Translations under genes and position numbers: made by a program | The notes under the pieces: model-generated | Told to the model about the DNA's origin: nothing | What the model saw: only the letters and a program-made list of their open reading frames with translations | Database searches by the model: none | Shown here: in pieces, positions 25,201 through 33,117 of the stretch | How the letters are laid out: every line of letters begins with the position of its first letter | Position numbering within the stretch: position 1 is the stretch's first letter | Origin: Barthelona sp. PCE | Taxonomy: Eukaryota | DNA length: 64,000 nt | NCBI GenBank assembly: GCA_040285745.1 | Contig: JAUFOR010000001.1 | Coordinates: forward strand, 806,001 to 870,000 | Direction: 5' to 3'

Positions 25201-25210
25201 TATGGAATAA
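13289..25210 (+). CDS. Giant cell-surface protein: signal peptide, long beta-rich region, IPT/TIG-like repeats, Cys-rich (GCC2/GCC3, ephrin-receptor-like) repeats, C-terminal multi-TM region
   Basis: Uninterrupted ~11.9 kb ORF; likely ATG at 13289 (MHLLLKHKWILLIIFMTLVTC). TIG-like PTVSSV...LRLSGSGL and PVITSISP...ITVAGHSF; CAPCGEGFYQ...C repeats; several hydrophobic helices at the end. Confidence 0.8.
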   Translation: MHLLLKHKWILLIIFMTLVTCIRVEDYLPEQYSDFFGESEDFHIYTRVFQTVRGLSIVTGRFYKPSTTYTQSIQPSFVISTGCSVQPKAITCSTHHQRQLTDMSAPADGSLIGGALWATTYMKGIKQFLTINVAFVSSSDLIQIQVDFNCHTFKFLEEEVSKIEKVFTKFFGCIEDHCLAMISDTYEHSVFLGRTTSLNCDSQLENILARHTPIGMHYIQDDWNNYIYLQFEDLTKKCVRYNAKIFQSEQSDEICYHPHIDLSANYQYYYSPLLPEHPNLDDYFISIGKEIRVFRKELLCPGGYKQVSILNSKTQGIYVCYVGSVLYIESPVILPNTTVFFANTIMCASRKSENGLILKQMRGRVFVSKKTYFNITADISMELLHMYEGDFRAIGLSIRSEQFYMIDTDFTVKDTQLNIGYGVFRYTPVENTTIIVQNSLTIHGCSLSSCDIVILPFARLFSVENEKLWTTLTLMNAASLYGDIEVVSALIGRYSYIDTVLNCELCVIDELTTTISHEVDSISKTGFVDESRINQKLISDDACTSEEFRIKQEDKMDYVYDDDTATLSVDGLQFSPADMPFQLPQDETTPSIGSMSSNNGSTIILMNELISEPVLLEAKIVRIADSEFLDTITVIGHSFFEGVVFHDEVTIHGDVYIEGKGEQKKKKYIEVPVSDVLLTVVNGSLWTGDMINVSLTLLGDTVIYGEDDGVELFESRILCSGICHIYNVHFGLDTVIEVSKNASLTIDSSCSADQPVPLWLSDSAQFSSQSNLFFSVQHVGSSVDLIDNKLYGNWSTSHGRTVVHMPNKEFETMSTLTTELEDNVFYNMKLSYLEVSYPISLHNLTVDVLVVNGCDINLFDCNIRELRVIRSSHIVTYGTCIIGKFNFTSDTVTFKGGGDNPTIHFGTVIFSSAVDMKMSSYYLLTFEMITTFRTFKFFSNFIEFRTVDLQNNAFFEIFGIIRRWDLLKGNGFNCYFKLTHVIIPNIFTIDNYMGHLVPMVFNVTELRILDSEVKVSGEGGVSMENLFLSNSGATFSPSYFMLSKSMIIDSFRFTDVQNFKYQGFKYALEVRIGGETKSLGVYIKGSVSYNPENIDPNDNHLFLSCSGICVLDLDIPEDIKGKWFILPLYTKHDQIIFLKEVFFVPCFYPTSNFTETFFSFKTFEAENCLGDTFSIGRDPDISEKGFTMTEMYDYSESNDKVYIIRSMGSLENWDMQCEGLPCAQIVMIIDENTYFHGVTYTQINLKVDIVVLPGATFKFDYICDDYTMNQLESNDFDSLMTIFGSPTSQIDVQSISSGEIWPIKLVTMGGLTSNYGRYSLLLVFSVEHISIKGGSILTYPAMRHYRCVLFGDLNIDSHITMNLTMTKELWIGSVGDKDINIRYSVLRSSTKMFVLYDTFFSITSVDQDPTLSVFIQSYHSPTLFDCNLVVTQIFTEDRMFFAGTNYFEEATSFNMGGYKVYIAENSITTITSSDLRFNVDYIILPGAVLNFTCLECDVYGSTKDIYNYGDLILHSFIKEASYIKIPLQSIFNFKTVFFSESNIDFETTKVICDKQTIPRPILKFSSANPAIPVVKVLENNPFAISHTLCSSCSIVFNISAFDAPIENIDVSCFPSVAFVDFGEMPISLSTFSVPNNEYPILFSIKYSDNLVLPAGNFRGLNIDCNKLMSDLSLGGKATISTVNANTMTLNYDCSNTSAFITFTEEEVSFINIIGTAFIKADELNSFFAEMDTNVIFKCNFFETTMNDWKSNWIVDTFDLSIDLGGMLSNNEFSFIIRKKVIVSINNMIFDRRFTFLAGEILISGNIPVTLNFINCVTYSNFYISSTQIIDLTFFFDSASYGKPYITEIYSHASLMFYLNDNSETFIKLMETDVQNVDFYFGYNSKLVLIGNQLSINYNNVSEFDAYTRPIVHIFVENVTLSINTPIKHCVFSFNSLKDIFKWSTNSSVVEEVTVNVSSVQYSEFVSNIYYMYNVTFELTHNPNNILMFNMHLMNVTADVSANATTVGLSSFMSIVQFASSEFNFNAVSVSTDIFLTNVSGGAQLFVECDVKSQNFIADELRTYDSYINGSFAGHVHAYGLSELDIQLDDEAYIHYFVKDQLLLTSDSYLFLVCGSCVVANSPDVIVHAYIALDVLNSTVRIALMNPGMELNIDESSECFVRTYYHELTLHPFPDQEAGVFIACAGIKNVKKTYDYSILVICQHHPSVVISDAFILNIASDTLLVQQPKEGVHLYVDADVSTDWIQIVSEETGHSTDISVGSFSPYGILNSCSVEALWFSNVHVTCSGTLLDHHDLTYIVCDIGGCIDPVTVVLSHDRVTFSIDRALYQHFSVVSKDKDLSLSSFSVTQELRYVDVKCPSLLDGSNSINVTFPFPIHSNDTIAYQPVHLKRLSDSAIFEFTNVSIENSTISCVPQLLIGKELYRLVMPKAYKGDDIQLVLNAFSPESVTIEHLGTKLKISGVGVIDTFSNSYKYFLDGIYSNSLITFNNVFVSVSHFSWCPGETKTLLMSGYSISNELLVTRPMETVEFLFENNEVLLTTRSSLYKNCLDISHNGRLDEDSLIVSTTDNLVFKIYFEQAVPGLELTVLGETASEFVPDPTVSSVDRVTAATDNMVLRLSGSGLGGNAVMRHLSVRFGSYDCTISDASETEILCSIEGVGADLQLELTIGTYTESLSQRVSFDPPILKSIVPPLAGCVSDTVAVIRGMNFGIGSVEVTISLPDGSTTTSSLVSASHGLLSVTIPGDPTGECSGFAAVSIRTGGQTSNPLIVAYAVVGSVAPAIVPASETATMLTLDVSNAYAEPVLVLVDDDVSIEITCTYTSYRVTCNTVLNEPRTYTPFLCDGTTELDECEEPSGSVTVFGVEQDRLLTAGSNSEARARFTLVNVDFDFDLRNIDWISTPVVSSLLIEGSVADPYSAVFDYGAGQLPLEPQLLSVGIILQDELVVSGDRFVVSSDYPLDQVSVTLNGTNIYCTSRVVDSTTLHDCVANVDPGDYVVRYTSTEITTSVGLLSVYTVTSIEPQTVFSDKPFEVIITGYNLPEVDDPFCQWTVSHISCISTGISDAQTVVFDWISTPITVDPFPVLDLPAFAYVNTSYDISCSENCDFLVNNTVFTTTTGDKPLVACNNAHCAVFSSITISEPVITSISPLTVSVTSIRPITVAGHSFKPSCVCDISGERETTVVDDSTIICDVPTDVNVYGVNIVCNGIASNMEYFQVSPVLSPYCLAGIPTSLGPIFNAQSVASVRESRCMLQPSDPVKKSSFVFDGATDTVVDGVLVSYFDTCNVPSVNISIGDVSLIVNSDATCDRLPSFATTHKVCAYKVDMFVVSPGMIVDVSVIDGCDATSINSIDLVELQLLQPVSVAITPPTTVRANPGDVSISVSLANIFGAQVTHEYFVDYCKHSYSGILPVFVLPLCRTSSEALTVTAFDSISNVTLKASTVIEPTLGDVFDLSFSSVDVEVWSREAEHVLQFNATDWLGRNVDTSFSTSGSCNGTVLAVSAASIRFNASYEQIRNCSLCASKFCVPLVVNELEYVHRSFDLTVFGVVGPGTIYIEPKNIPPHVRVSELNSTIAHISVIAQNIEVDSIEFMLNMSAQSIPYAISDLAPGSILTFSLLSSNETVAFANATIECPTSTVWSSTTRTCVCDRGTFISSTDPLSCAPCGEGFYQPDIHSAVCFECHGTFTSPLQAQSQAECFCPNGTELHNSVCIKCPVHYICRNGERVGVQAGFYSATSVRPCIDASSCLEVSTLNTTLCSSGRSGYLCHNCDSTRVSRYSECGSVKIGPNTVAGVILLVWCIVCAFIPGVHSVFALSRVAISTGSLFNLLNMDNRWFTVALGDFELDSFVIGDISTIVILPTVLYLAFYRLKHTKHSFRLFRFVFPLVFHFLWSFAMSFPALSISHTLQLFSHNIFVSIMCYLTALSFLLYKKRYEYLSTIVFLLYSSVTLFTYSLRLLITLLIVVSILTFYSVME

Positions 25211-25225
25211 TATCTACTAATAAAT

Positions 25226-25951
25226 TTATCTCAGTCGGCTCATCATTTCTTCCTCAGCAATGAACTGGCTCAGTACATTACGCTTGATTGCTTCCTTCTG
25301 AAGAGCCACAGTTTTCTTGGTCTTCTTAGACTTGTATAAGCGGTTGAAAACATCGGGCGTCTTGGCTTCTGGCACGTTCCTCTTTGTGAATCGGCTCATT
25401 TCTCTCAATAGCTTAACCAATCTTCGTGTATCTTTGGTTTCTACTACCTTTTTTATCTCATCAACGCGTGGGTTGCTTTTTGGTTTGGGAACTACAGATG
25501 TGTGTGTGTTTGGAACTGTATTTCTGGCTGGCTGGGCCTGTGCAATGTCGCATGTAGTTAATGTGTAATTCATATTACGACTAGGAATAGGAGCGGGTGC
25601 TGATAATTCTACAGTCTTGCTTGCAGGCTTCCAATCCCTCTTTCGTGGCTTAGAAAGGCGCAGTGTGCCTAACCATTCCCTTTCTGGAGATGTAGAGTGT
25701 GGAAATCCAACTACAGCCCTCTTTTTCCGACTCCTCTTGGGTGTCGGTGTTTTGTGGAAAACCTCATTCACTTTTGCCTTAGGCATTGATAAACGAGGGT
25801 ACTCTCCAGGACTGATAATGCGCTGAGGTGATTCATTACTGGTAAAAGAATTTAGAGAATATGTAGAGCAAGCATCATCATCGATTGTCTCTCTGCCCTT
25901 CAGATTGCTAAGAATATCCGTCGGATCCAACGTATCAAATCCTTCGAACAT
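25226..25951 (-). CDS. Hypothetical basic low-complexity protein
   Basis: The ORF track start overlaps the neighbouring gene; first ATG is at 25951 (MFEGFDTL). Confidence 0.55.
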   Translation of the reverse strand: MFEGFDTLDPTDILSNLKGRETIDDDACSTYSLNSFTSNESPQRIISPGEYPRLSMPKAKVNEVFHKTPTPKRSRKKRAVVGFPHSTSPEREWLGTLRLSKPRKRDWKPASKTVELSAPAPIPSRNMNYTLTTCDIAQAQPARNTVPNTHTSVVPKPKSNPRVDEIKKVVETKDTRRLVKLLREMSRFTKRNVPEAKTPDVFNRLYKSKKTKKTVALQKEAIKRNVLSQFIAEEEMMSRLR

Positions 25952-25989
25952 GCTGATGAAAGTGATATTTTTTAAACAACCTCTTTCAA

Positions 25990-26415
25990 ATGTCCAAAAC
26001 ACTTTTGCACAATTGGTACGAAGAGAGATACGCAGTTGAGAACGAAGATGAGCCAAATGACATTCTTCTCCAAACAACAAATGCTGAATTGCTTGTTGTA
26101 CAGAAATCAGAAGATAGGACCGATAAATTGTACCCTAGACAGAACAGAAGGCACGACCGTTTGCTGAGACAAGCTGAGCTCGCTGTAGAGGAAGCTGAGA
26201 AGAAGAAAGAGTTTATTGATCCTAAACCTGTTGAAGCTGATGAGTCCGCAGCCCCCATAGAATCCCAGTTGCCACAGGAATCAACGTTAAACAAGGAAGT
26301 TGTAACAATTTACTCACACAGTAACCAACATGTTTTAGGTGCAACAATCCCAACAAAAACCCATAAATTCGGTAAGAACTGCGACTTCAGCACCCCTATC
26401 GAGGAGAGAATGTGA
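25990..26415 (+). CDS. NWE-motif axonemal microtubule inner protein (SPAG8/FAP143/CFAP95-like)
   Basis: N-terminal TLLHNWYEER and C-terminal FGKNCDFSTPI resemble the SPAG8/FAP143-type MIP motifs. Confidence 0.65.
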   Translation: MSKTLLHNWYEERYAVENEDEPNDILLQTTNAELLVVQKSEDRTDKLYPRQNRRHDRLLRQAELAVEEAEKKKEFIDPKPVEADESAAPIESQLPQESTLNKEVVTIYSHSNQHVLGATIPTKTHKFGKNCDFSTPIEERM

Positions 26416-26431
26416 TCATTACTATGTATAC

Positions 26432-29400
26432 TTAATCATTGATGTAAAGAGAAGCTGCAAATGGAATACCTCGCTTGATCATAACTCTGGCATCAGCAAA
26501 CGCCTCCTGGATCTTTGGTGTGTTCAAGTAATCAGCCACAAGAGCCATCTGACGTAGAAGCTCTTCAAGACGACGAAGAACGCGTACTAGATCTCCCTCA
26601 AACGACAACCCCTCCTGACTTTCCATTGCCTCGGCAAATGTCGAGCCACTGGCATATGTCATCACCGGCACCATCATGTGTGGCTGTAAAGACTTTAAGT
26701 ACTCCTCCAGGTCAAGCTCAAGACCAGCCTGTACGCATGTTTCTCCGACATGCTTCAATGTTGCATTCATCTGTTCCATACCTTCCTTAAGGTCTTCTGG
26801 GGGGTCCACTTCGTTGCGCATGCGGGAATCAAAAACGAAAGTTGAAAGCAATCCTGTAAGTTGCAAAGCAGTGAATCCTGAAAAAAATCCTGAAAAGAGA
26901 AGCTCTGTCAATACAAGGGAGTCTGCAGTGGATATGTCCGCTGCTATACGTCCCTTGAGAGTAATACATTCGTTTGAATCAATGTAAGACATCTTCTTCA
27001 GAATGCGGAGACGTTGCGTCAACTCCTCCTGCAAAGAGGCGCTTGTGTTCGACTTAATCTGGCTATCCAGCATCTTTGCATGTCTCTTAAGGAACTCATA
27101 GCGTCTAAAAACGGCAAAGAGCCTCTGGTCTTCCTCAGCCTGTAGATCCAACTTTGTACTCGTCAACATACGTTGGAATGCGGTTGCGCGGTTCATCAGG
27201 GTCGCATATTCAGCGAAGTGGGGTGACTTCTCGTTAATAACATCTTCAACAACATCAAAGCGTCTCTGTGACAGTTTTCCAAAAATGCGTTGAAACTGTG
27301 TCTGGCTGTCACTGTCATCTACTGCGCGCAGCTGCTGAGACATTGCACTGGTCGCCACAGTTAGGGAAGTGAGCGGTGTTACGATTGAGCTGAGCTCATC
27401 CTCTCCTATGCGACGAACAATGTAAGAATCACTGCCGCCTGCATGGAACGTTCTCTCCTGACATAACACTTCCACAGAGTATTTGCCAATAAGCTCGTGC
27501 GAGTTACGTGAGCTCTTAACTTGACGAACGTTTGTAACGACAGCAATCTGGCTTGCAGCCGACTTCTTGTTGGTGTCGAGCTCCATCAAGCTGGCAACCG
27601 ATGTGAGATCGTCCTGCGTCATGCTGGAGTAGAAATCCTCCGGCGCATCGGTCGGAAAGACGTAGTCCAATAGGATATCTTCGCGCTCACTGTTGCGCAA
27701 TGGGAGCACCTCCTCCTCGTCCTGTAAGAAGAAGAACTGCTTGAGGGGGGCGATCGTCGTTGCAGGGGGGATTAAGAAAGGTGCGCTGTGCTCGGGTTCC
27801 ACGCGCATGACGCGGCCTTTCTGTAAGAGAGGTACCAAAAACTGAGGCTTCCTCCTAAAGTTGCGCAGCTTTCGTTCAACCTTTAAGAGTCCCTCACAAG
27901 CGATAAAGAAACGTGTCAACTGTTTATGCTTCTGCCTGTTAGCTCTAAGGAACGCGTCATAAGCCTTAAGCAACTGGTTAAGAGTGTCTCGCTTCTCCTT
28001 CAAGGACTCGAGGTTGTTTGTGCTTTGGTACGTCATGAAAGATCGAAGGATGAGATCATTGAGATGGGCCTTTGCCTGATCCTCCTGTATCCTCAAGAAG
28101 TTGAGAATCTGATAATTATGTAGTTTGAAAGAACTGGTGAGGATAAATGGCTGCCCTGTAAGCATCTCCTTCATTTTCTCGGGCTCAGATTTAGAGTTCA
28201 GATTCAAAATAACGATACCGCTTTCGTCGTGGCCACGACGTCCTGCACGGCCTGCCATCTGTATGTATTCACCAGAGTTGAGCATTCTAAAGCGTAAACC
28301 ATCGAACTTCTTGAGAGAGTTGAAGACGACAGTGTGCGCAGGCATGTTAAGACCCATCGCGAACGTTTCTGTCGCAAACAGGACCTTAATCAAGCCCTCC
28401 TGGAAGAGAATTTCAGTAATCTCCTTTAGAATCGGGAGCATACCACCGTGATGCACACCTAGACCGTTACGTAGGAAAGGGATGATGGCCTGCACCGCCT
28501 CCATCTCCTGGTCGTCCGGCGTTAATAAATCAATCGCTCTCTTGAAGATCATATCGACGAGCGCAACTTCGTCATCGTCATTGAATGTTATATTAGTACG
28601 TGAAACGGACTTGAGACACAACTCGCACTCCTTCTTCGAAAAAGAAAAGACAATTGCGGGATGCCACCTTTGCTTCATAATCTGTTCGATCAGCTCACCC
28701 AAAGACACAAACGTACCACTGCCCTTGACACCGAATCGTTTCTGTCGCTCGTCCTTTGCAGAGAGGTGATGCAGGCTCGCCATTGACTTCTCAAATGAAT
28801 CTTCACGGAATTTTTGAGTCTTATCAACAACTAAAAACAATTTCTTTGAATTCTCAGGATATATGAAATGCTGCAATGGAGTAGGACGAAAATCTGTGTA
28901 CACCACGTGGCATGGCTGAGACTTCAGGTCTGCAATCCAGTCTGCAAACTCTTTGGCATTGGGAACTGTCGCAGATAGAAAGACAAATCTGACAGTGTCT
29001 GGGAGTAAAATAATTGATTCTTCCCATACAACACCACGCTCAGGGTCTCTCATATAGTGGATTTCGTCGAAAATAACCCATTTAACCTCATTTAAAAGTG
29101 CAGAACCTCTGTACAGCATACTTCTTAAGATCTCGGTGGTCATAACAAGACACTGAGAATTTGGATTAATGGAGACATCACCTGTCAGCAGGCCGACATC
29201 GCCGAACTCTTCCTGGAACTCTGCGAACTTCTGATTCGATAATGCTTTGATAGGGGAAGTATAAATTACGCGTGCATTCTGCTTAAAACATTGTGCAATA
29301 GCGTATTCTGCTGTAACGGTCTTTCCTGCTGATGTGTGCGCTGAAACAAGTACGGACTCGCCATTGTGGATAGCTTTTATAGCCTTAACCTGGAAATCAT

Positions 29401-29614
29401 CTAATGTGAATGGATACTCCTTTGCCATCTCGAATCCAAGATCGTTCAGAGGCACTGCCTGCTTTTTCAGTGGAGGTTCGGTTGAAATCACTGTTGTTTC
29501 AGCACTGGCTGGTGCTTGTGATTGTGGAATAATTGGTTCTGTCGTTGTAGACAGTCGTGGAGTGTTTTTCTTCTGCTTTTGCCCTAATGAGAAAACGGAA
29601 AGTAAGTCTGACAT
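26432..29614 (-). CDS. MTR4: Exosome RNA helicase MTR4 (Ski2-like DExH helicase)
   Basis: SAHTSAGKT, DEIHYMRD, FLSAT, QMAGRAGRRG; MTR4-type C-terminus IKRGIPFAASLY. Confidence 0.92.
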   Translation of the reverse strand: MSDLLSVFSLGQKQKKNTPRLSTTTEPIIPQSQAPASAETTVISTEPPLKKQAVPLNDLGFEMAKEYPFTLDDFQVKAIKAIHNGESVLVSAHTSAGKTVTAEYAIAQCFKQNARVIYTSPIKALSNQKFAEFQEEFGDVGLLTGDVSINPNSQCLVMTTEILRSMLYRGSALLNEVKWVIFDEIHYMRDPERGVVWEESIILLPDTVRFVFLSATVPNAKEFADWIADLKSQPCHVVYTDFRPTPLQHFIYPENSKKLFLVVDKTQKFREDSFEKSMASLHHLSAKDERQKRFGVKGSGTFVSLGELIEQIMKQRWHPAIVFSFSKKECELCLKSVSRTNITFNDDDEVALVDMIFKRAIDLLTPDDQEMEAVQAIIPFLRNGLGVHHGGMLPILKEITEILFQEGLIKVLFATETFAMGLNMPAHTVVFNSLKKFDGLRFRMLNSGEYIQMAGRAGRRGHDESGIVILNLNSKSEPEKMKEMLTGQPFILTSSFKLHNYQILNFLRIQEDQAKAHLNDLILRSFMTYQSTNNLESLKEKRDTLNQLLKAYDAFLRANRQKHKQLTRFFIACEGLLKVERKLRNFRRKPQFLVPLLQKGRVMRVEPEHSAPFLIPPATTIAPLKQFFFLQDEEEVLPLRNSEREDILLDYVFPTDAPEDFYSSMTQDDLTSVASLMELDTNKKSAASQIAVVTNVRQVKSSRNSHELIGKYSVEVLCQERTFHAGGSDSYIVRRIGEDELSSIVTPLTSLTVATSAMSQQLRAVDDSDSQTQFQRIFGKLSQRRFDVVEDVINEKSPHFAEYATLMNRATAFQRMLTSTKLDLQAEEDQRLFAVFRRYEFLKRHAKMLDSQIKSNTSASLQEELTQRLRILKKMSYIDSNECITLKGRIAADISTADSLVLTELLFSGFFSGFTALQLTGLLSTFVFDSRMRNEVDPPEDLKEGMEQMNATLKHVGETCVQAGLELDLEEYLKSLQPHMMVPVMTYASGSTFAEAMESQEGLSFEGDLVRVLRRLEELLRQMALVADYLNTPKIQEAFADARVMIKRGIPFAASLYIND

Positions 29615-29691
29615 TGTGTGAGAAGGGAATTCAAAGAGAAACCAACACTCCTATTTCATAAAACATATACATCCCATTTCATCATTTATCC

Positions 29692-30510
29692 ATGACCATT
29701 AAGCAAAAGATTCACGAAAGACTCCCTTTCATTGCCGAGAAGCTCGGTATGTCTGTTGAAGAAATTCTTGAGAAACTCCCCCACCTCAAGATGGATGCTG
29801 ATCCTATCGCTCTCCCCAACATGTCTGAGGATGTCGACCCCCTCACACTTTCTGTCTACATTGACCACACAGTTCTTAAGCCAATGATCCAAAAGCAGGG
29901 TATTGTTGATTTGATCAACGATGCCAAGAAGCATAACTTCAAGGCTGTCTGTGTCAACGGTTGTTGGGCTGAGTTCTGTAAGGATGAGCTTGAGGGCACA
30001 GGAATCATGGTAGCTTCAGTTATTGGATTCCCTCTCGGTGCTATGACCCCCAGCGCAAAGGTAGGCGAGATCACAGAGCTCGTTGGCCGCGTTGAGGTTG
30101 ATGAGATCGATATGGTTCTCAACATTGGTCAGCTTCTGGATGGTAACCTTCGTTACGTCTATGATGAAATTGAAGTTTGTCATGCTGCCACCGAGGACAA
30201 GTGCCTGAAGGTCATCTTCGAGTGTGGTGCTATCTCTAAAGAATGTATTATTGATGCTTCTATCATCTGCGCTCTTATCGGTGTTGGTTTCGTTAAGACC
30301 TCCACTGGTTTCGGTTATGGTGGTGCTCTTCCCGAAGACGTCGAGCTCATGAAGCAATGCGTTGCTGAGCGTTGCGAGGTCAAGGCTTCCGGTGGTGTCC
30401 GTTCTCCGGTTGACGCAGTCAAAATGATTAACCTGGGTGCAACCCGTATTGGCACTTCTTCCGGTAAGAAGATCATCGCTGTCGATGTCGCCCCCGCCAC
30501 CGGATACTAA
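29692..30510 (+). CDS. deoC: Deoxyribose-phosphate aldolase (bacterial-type, with N-terminal extension)
   Basis: IDHTVLKP, VIGFPLG, EIDMV, FVKTSTGF, VKASGGVR, GATRIGTS motifs. Confidence 0.95.
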   Translation: MTIKQKIHERLPFIAEKLGMSVEEILEKLPHLKMDADPIALPNMSEDVDPLTLSVYIDHTVLKPMIQKQGIVDLINDAKKHNFKAVCVNGCWAEFCKDELEGTGIMVASVIGFPLGAMTPSAKVGEITELVGRVEVDEIDMVLNIGQLLDGNLRYVYDEIEVCHAATEDKCLKVIFECGAISKECIIDASIICALIGVGFVKTSTGFGYGGALPEDVELMKQCVAERCEVKASGGVRSPVDAVKMINLGATRIGTSSGKKIIAVDVAPATGY

Positions 30511-30828
30511 TTGTGTAAAAGTATCATAGTACCCTTTTGTAAAGGCTACATTTAACAATTTTTCTTGTTTCTTTTTGCTCTTTTTTTGATTTGATCAAAT
30601 ATTTTAGTGATGTAGGTTAACCCTCCACAATACATCCCACACAAGACCGACACATAAACAAATAAAAGAAAAGTAAGAATCCAATTGCGCCGTTTGTAAC
30701 CCGATCTGAACCTGTCAATTTAGACCGTAGTAAAGACAACAATCGACAACTAATACCTGCTTGCATGTATTCTTTTCAAGAAATAGGCGCTACATAGGTT
30801 TGTTTTTCATTTCTCACCATTTCACAAA

Positions 30829-32513
30829 ATGCCCGCTGGTTTATTAGCCGAAAAGAGTCCGGAGGAGCAGTACAATGAGTTAGACCAACGCTACCAATTG
30901 CTAGGTATGAATTTTGTGGAGGTAACCTCTTTTTTCGAAATTGAGCACTTTTTTAACGCGTTTGACGGCCCACGTGCCGCCAACACGTACCCCACAGATA
31001 CGCATGATAACACTTACATTTAGAAGCCGATAGAAAAGCGTATTATGAAACTTCCACAGCAATCTTAAAGGCAAACGAGAAGCTCATTCGTCAACTTAAG
31101 CAGACAAACAAGCAGCTCGGAGGATCATTGCTTGAGAAGAAGAAGTCTCGAGGCAGCGCTGAATCACGCGAAGAAGCGCTCGATTCTCAGATTAGCCGTG
31201 CTAGTGATAATCTATATCGCCAAAAGTCAAAGGTCGATCAGTTAAAACATCATAAGGCTGAATTAAAGAAGCTTATTAACGAGAAGAGGTCTGACCTGGC
31301 ATTAATTCAAAGACAAACACAACAGAACACCGAGAATGGTGAGGTTAATCCACTTAACGACCGCCTGCGCAAGCTCGAGACAGAACTCGACAGCGTTATT
31401 CTGAAATTGAACGATTGTAGACAGCTTTTCAGTACCTATAAGGCCATTTTTAACAAGCTTCAAGAGGAGCGCCTCACGTACGAGAACTCCACAGAGAAGC
31501 TAGAGGGTCTTGTCAAGACTAAGGAGATCGAGATGGATGAATTGCAGTTGATGCACTCTGGAGCAATCTTTGCAAAGGAAAATGCTCACAAGGAGTTGGT
31601 AAACTTCATAGAACAAGCCAACGTGGAGCGGGAGCAGCGTAACGCCATGCTTTCATCACGTAGGCAGATGGTTGAGAAGCGTATGCAGATCACTCAAAAG
31701 ATGGAGTTACGAGAGAAATTACGTCGCGACAAGGAAAAGACTGCCAAAAACTCTGATGAAATGGACGAGCTTGACATTGCACTCGCAGGTGTTGAGGGAC
31801 AGAGCAATAACGACTCATTGATGAAGATTGATAGCTTCGAAGAGGGTTTCCGTAAGATCAAGGAGGCTACAGGTGTCTCTGAAGTGAACGAGATCATTGA
31901 GAAGTTCCTTTCTCAGGATGAAACCACGATTCACCTTAACAAACTTATTGAAAAAGCCAAGGAGAAGTTGGAGAATCTCAAATCCGAATATGAACGATTA
32001 CGCACAAGGGCTGACCGTCTTCGCTTTGCCGATTCAGGTGTTGCCGCTGAGCGTGCCCAGATCTCAGAACTGCAGCAGAAATTGTCAGAAACAAACTCCA
32101 CTGTTGATCAGACCAAGACTGTGCTTAAAACGTTGGAGCAAACCACAGTCACTGTTCGTTCTGTTATCTCATCGTTGCGCTCACGTGCATCAACTATTGC
32201 GTCAAATATGTCACTGCCACCACCGTCTGACTCTCATCCCATTGTTGATATTGCTTCACTCGTTGTTAAGGTATCTTCATCCATTGGACAAAAGACGGTT
32301 GCTGCTCAGGAAGACCTGTCAGAGATCACAATGGCTCTGCAGGAGGAGGATAGCGAAGAGGAAGAGGATAGCGAGGAAGAGGAAGACTATGAAGTTGAGA
32401 AGATCCTTGATCGACAGACACTGAAGAAGCAAGCCCAAGATATTCTTAGTAGAAACCAAGGTGCCGGTGAGAAGGGTGCTGTCTCACATGGTATGCGCTC
32501 TAGTGATATGTAA
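30829..32513 (+). CDS. CCDC151: Outer dynein arm docking complex protein CCDC151/ODAD3-like; exons 30829-30904 and 31024-32513 (521 aa)
   Basis: Splicing gives LDQRYQLLEADRKAYYETS, like the CCDC151 LEGDRKAFxExS motif; also FRKIKEATGVSEVNEIIEKFLSQ; long coiled coil. Confidence 0.8.
30905..31023 (+). other. Spliceosomal intron of the CCDC151-like gene (119 nt, phase 1)
   Basis: AG|GTATGA...ACTTACATTTAG|; splicing restores the frame and conserved motif. Confidence 0.88.
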
Positions 32514-32538
32514 AATCTATTATTTATTATTTATTTAC

Positions 32539-33117
32539 CTACCTATCAGCTGAAAAAATTTGTGTTAATACCCCTGGACCCTCAGCCGTCTCGTAGGGTT
32601 CGAAGAGCACGGTTTTAACCTGCCCTGTCTTCAGTTTCATCTCAAATGAGTCAGCAAACCGAACTTCAAGTTCAACACCTGTTAACAATTTGTATGAACG
32701 TCTTAATAACGCAATCAGTTCTGTTTTCTTGCCGCAACTCAGCAGATAATCGTATTCTGAATTACAATGTATGACAAAAAAGTTATCTGTCAAAGTGCTT
32801 AAAGATACCAGACTGATACTCTCTAAAGATATCTTTCGAAGTACTTTAAAACTTACTGGGTGCAAATTGTACAAGTTTTGTGGTGATAAAAGAACCAAAC
32901 GATTCTGACTGGCGTTCTTTCGATTAACTTTAATACATAAATCTGAAAATAATACGCTAGTGGATGCTTCACGGTTGTCCCGCAGTATATCTTGGATCTT
33001 CTTCTGTGCTCTGAGATTCAAATGATCTCCTGTAGGTCGTTTGTTCATGCTAGAATTTCTTCTTTGCTTTTGTCTCATAAACGACGTATCTAGAGTATTC
33101 CAGTGGTCGAACGACAT
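32539..33117 (-). CDS. Standalone myosin-I tail homology-1 (TH1, PH-like) domain protein
   Basis: VLFSD..IKVNRK...RLVLLS...LYNL...RKISLESISLVSLSTLTDNFFVIH..EYDYLL...KTELI is the TH1 pattern; no motor domain in the ORF. Confidence 0.8.
   Translation of the reverse strand: MSFDHWNTLDTSFMRQKQRRNSSMNKRPTGDHLNLRAQKKIQDILRDNREASTSVLFSDLCIKVNRKNASQNRLVLLSPQNLYNLHPVSFKVLRKISLESISLVSLSTLTDNFFVIHCNSEYDYLLSCGKKTELIALLRRSYKLLTGVELEVRFADSFEMKLKTGQVKTVLFEPYETAEGPGVLTQIFSADR

Noticed and set aside
32342-32387. Short tandem repeat encoding EEDSEEEEDSEEEED
   Set aside because: Ordinary coding low-complexity duplication.
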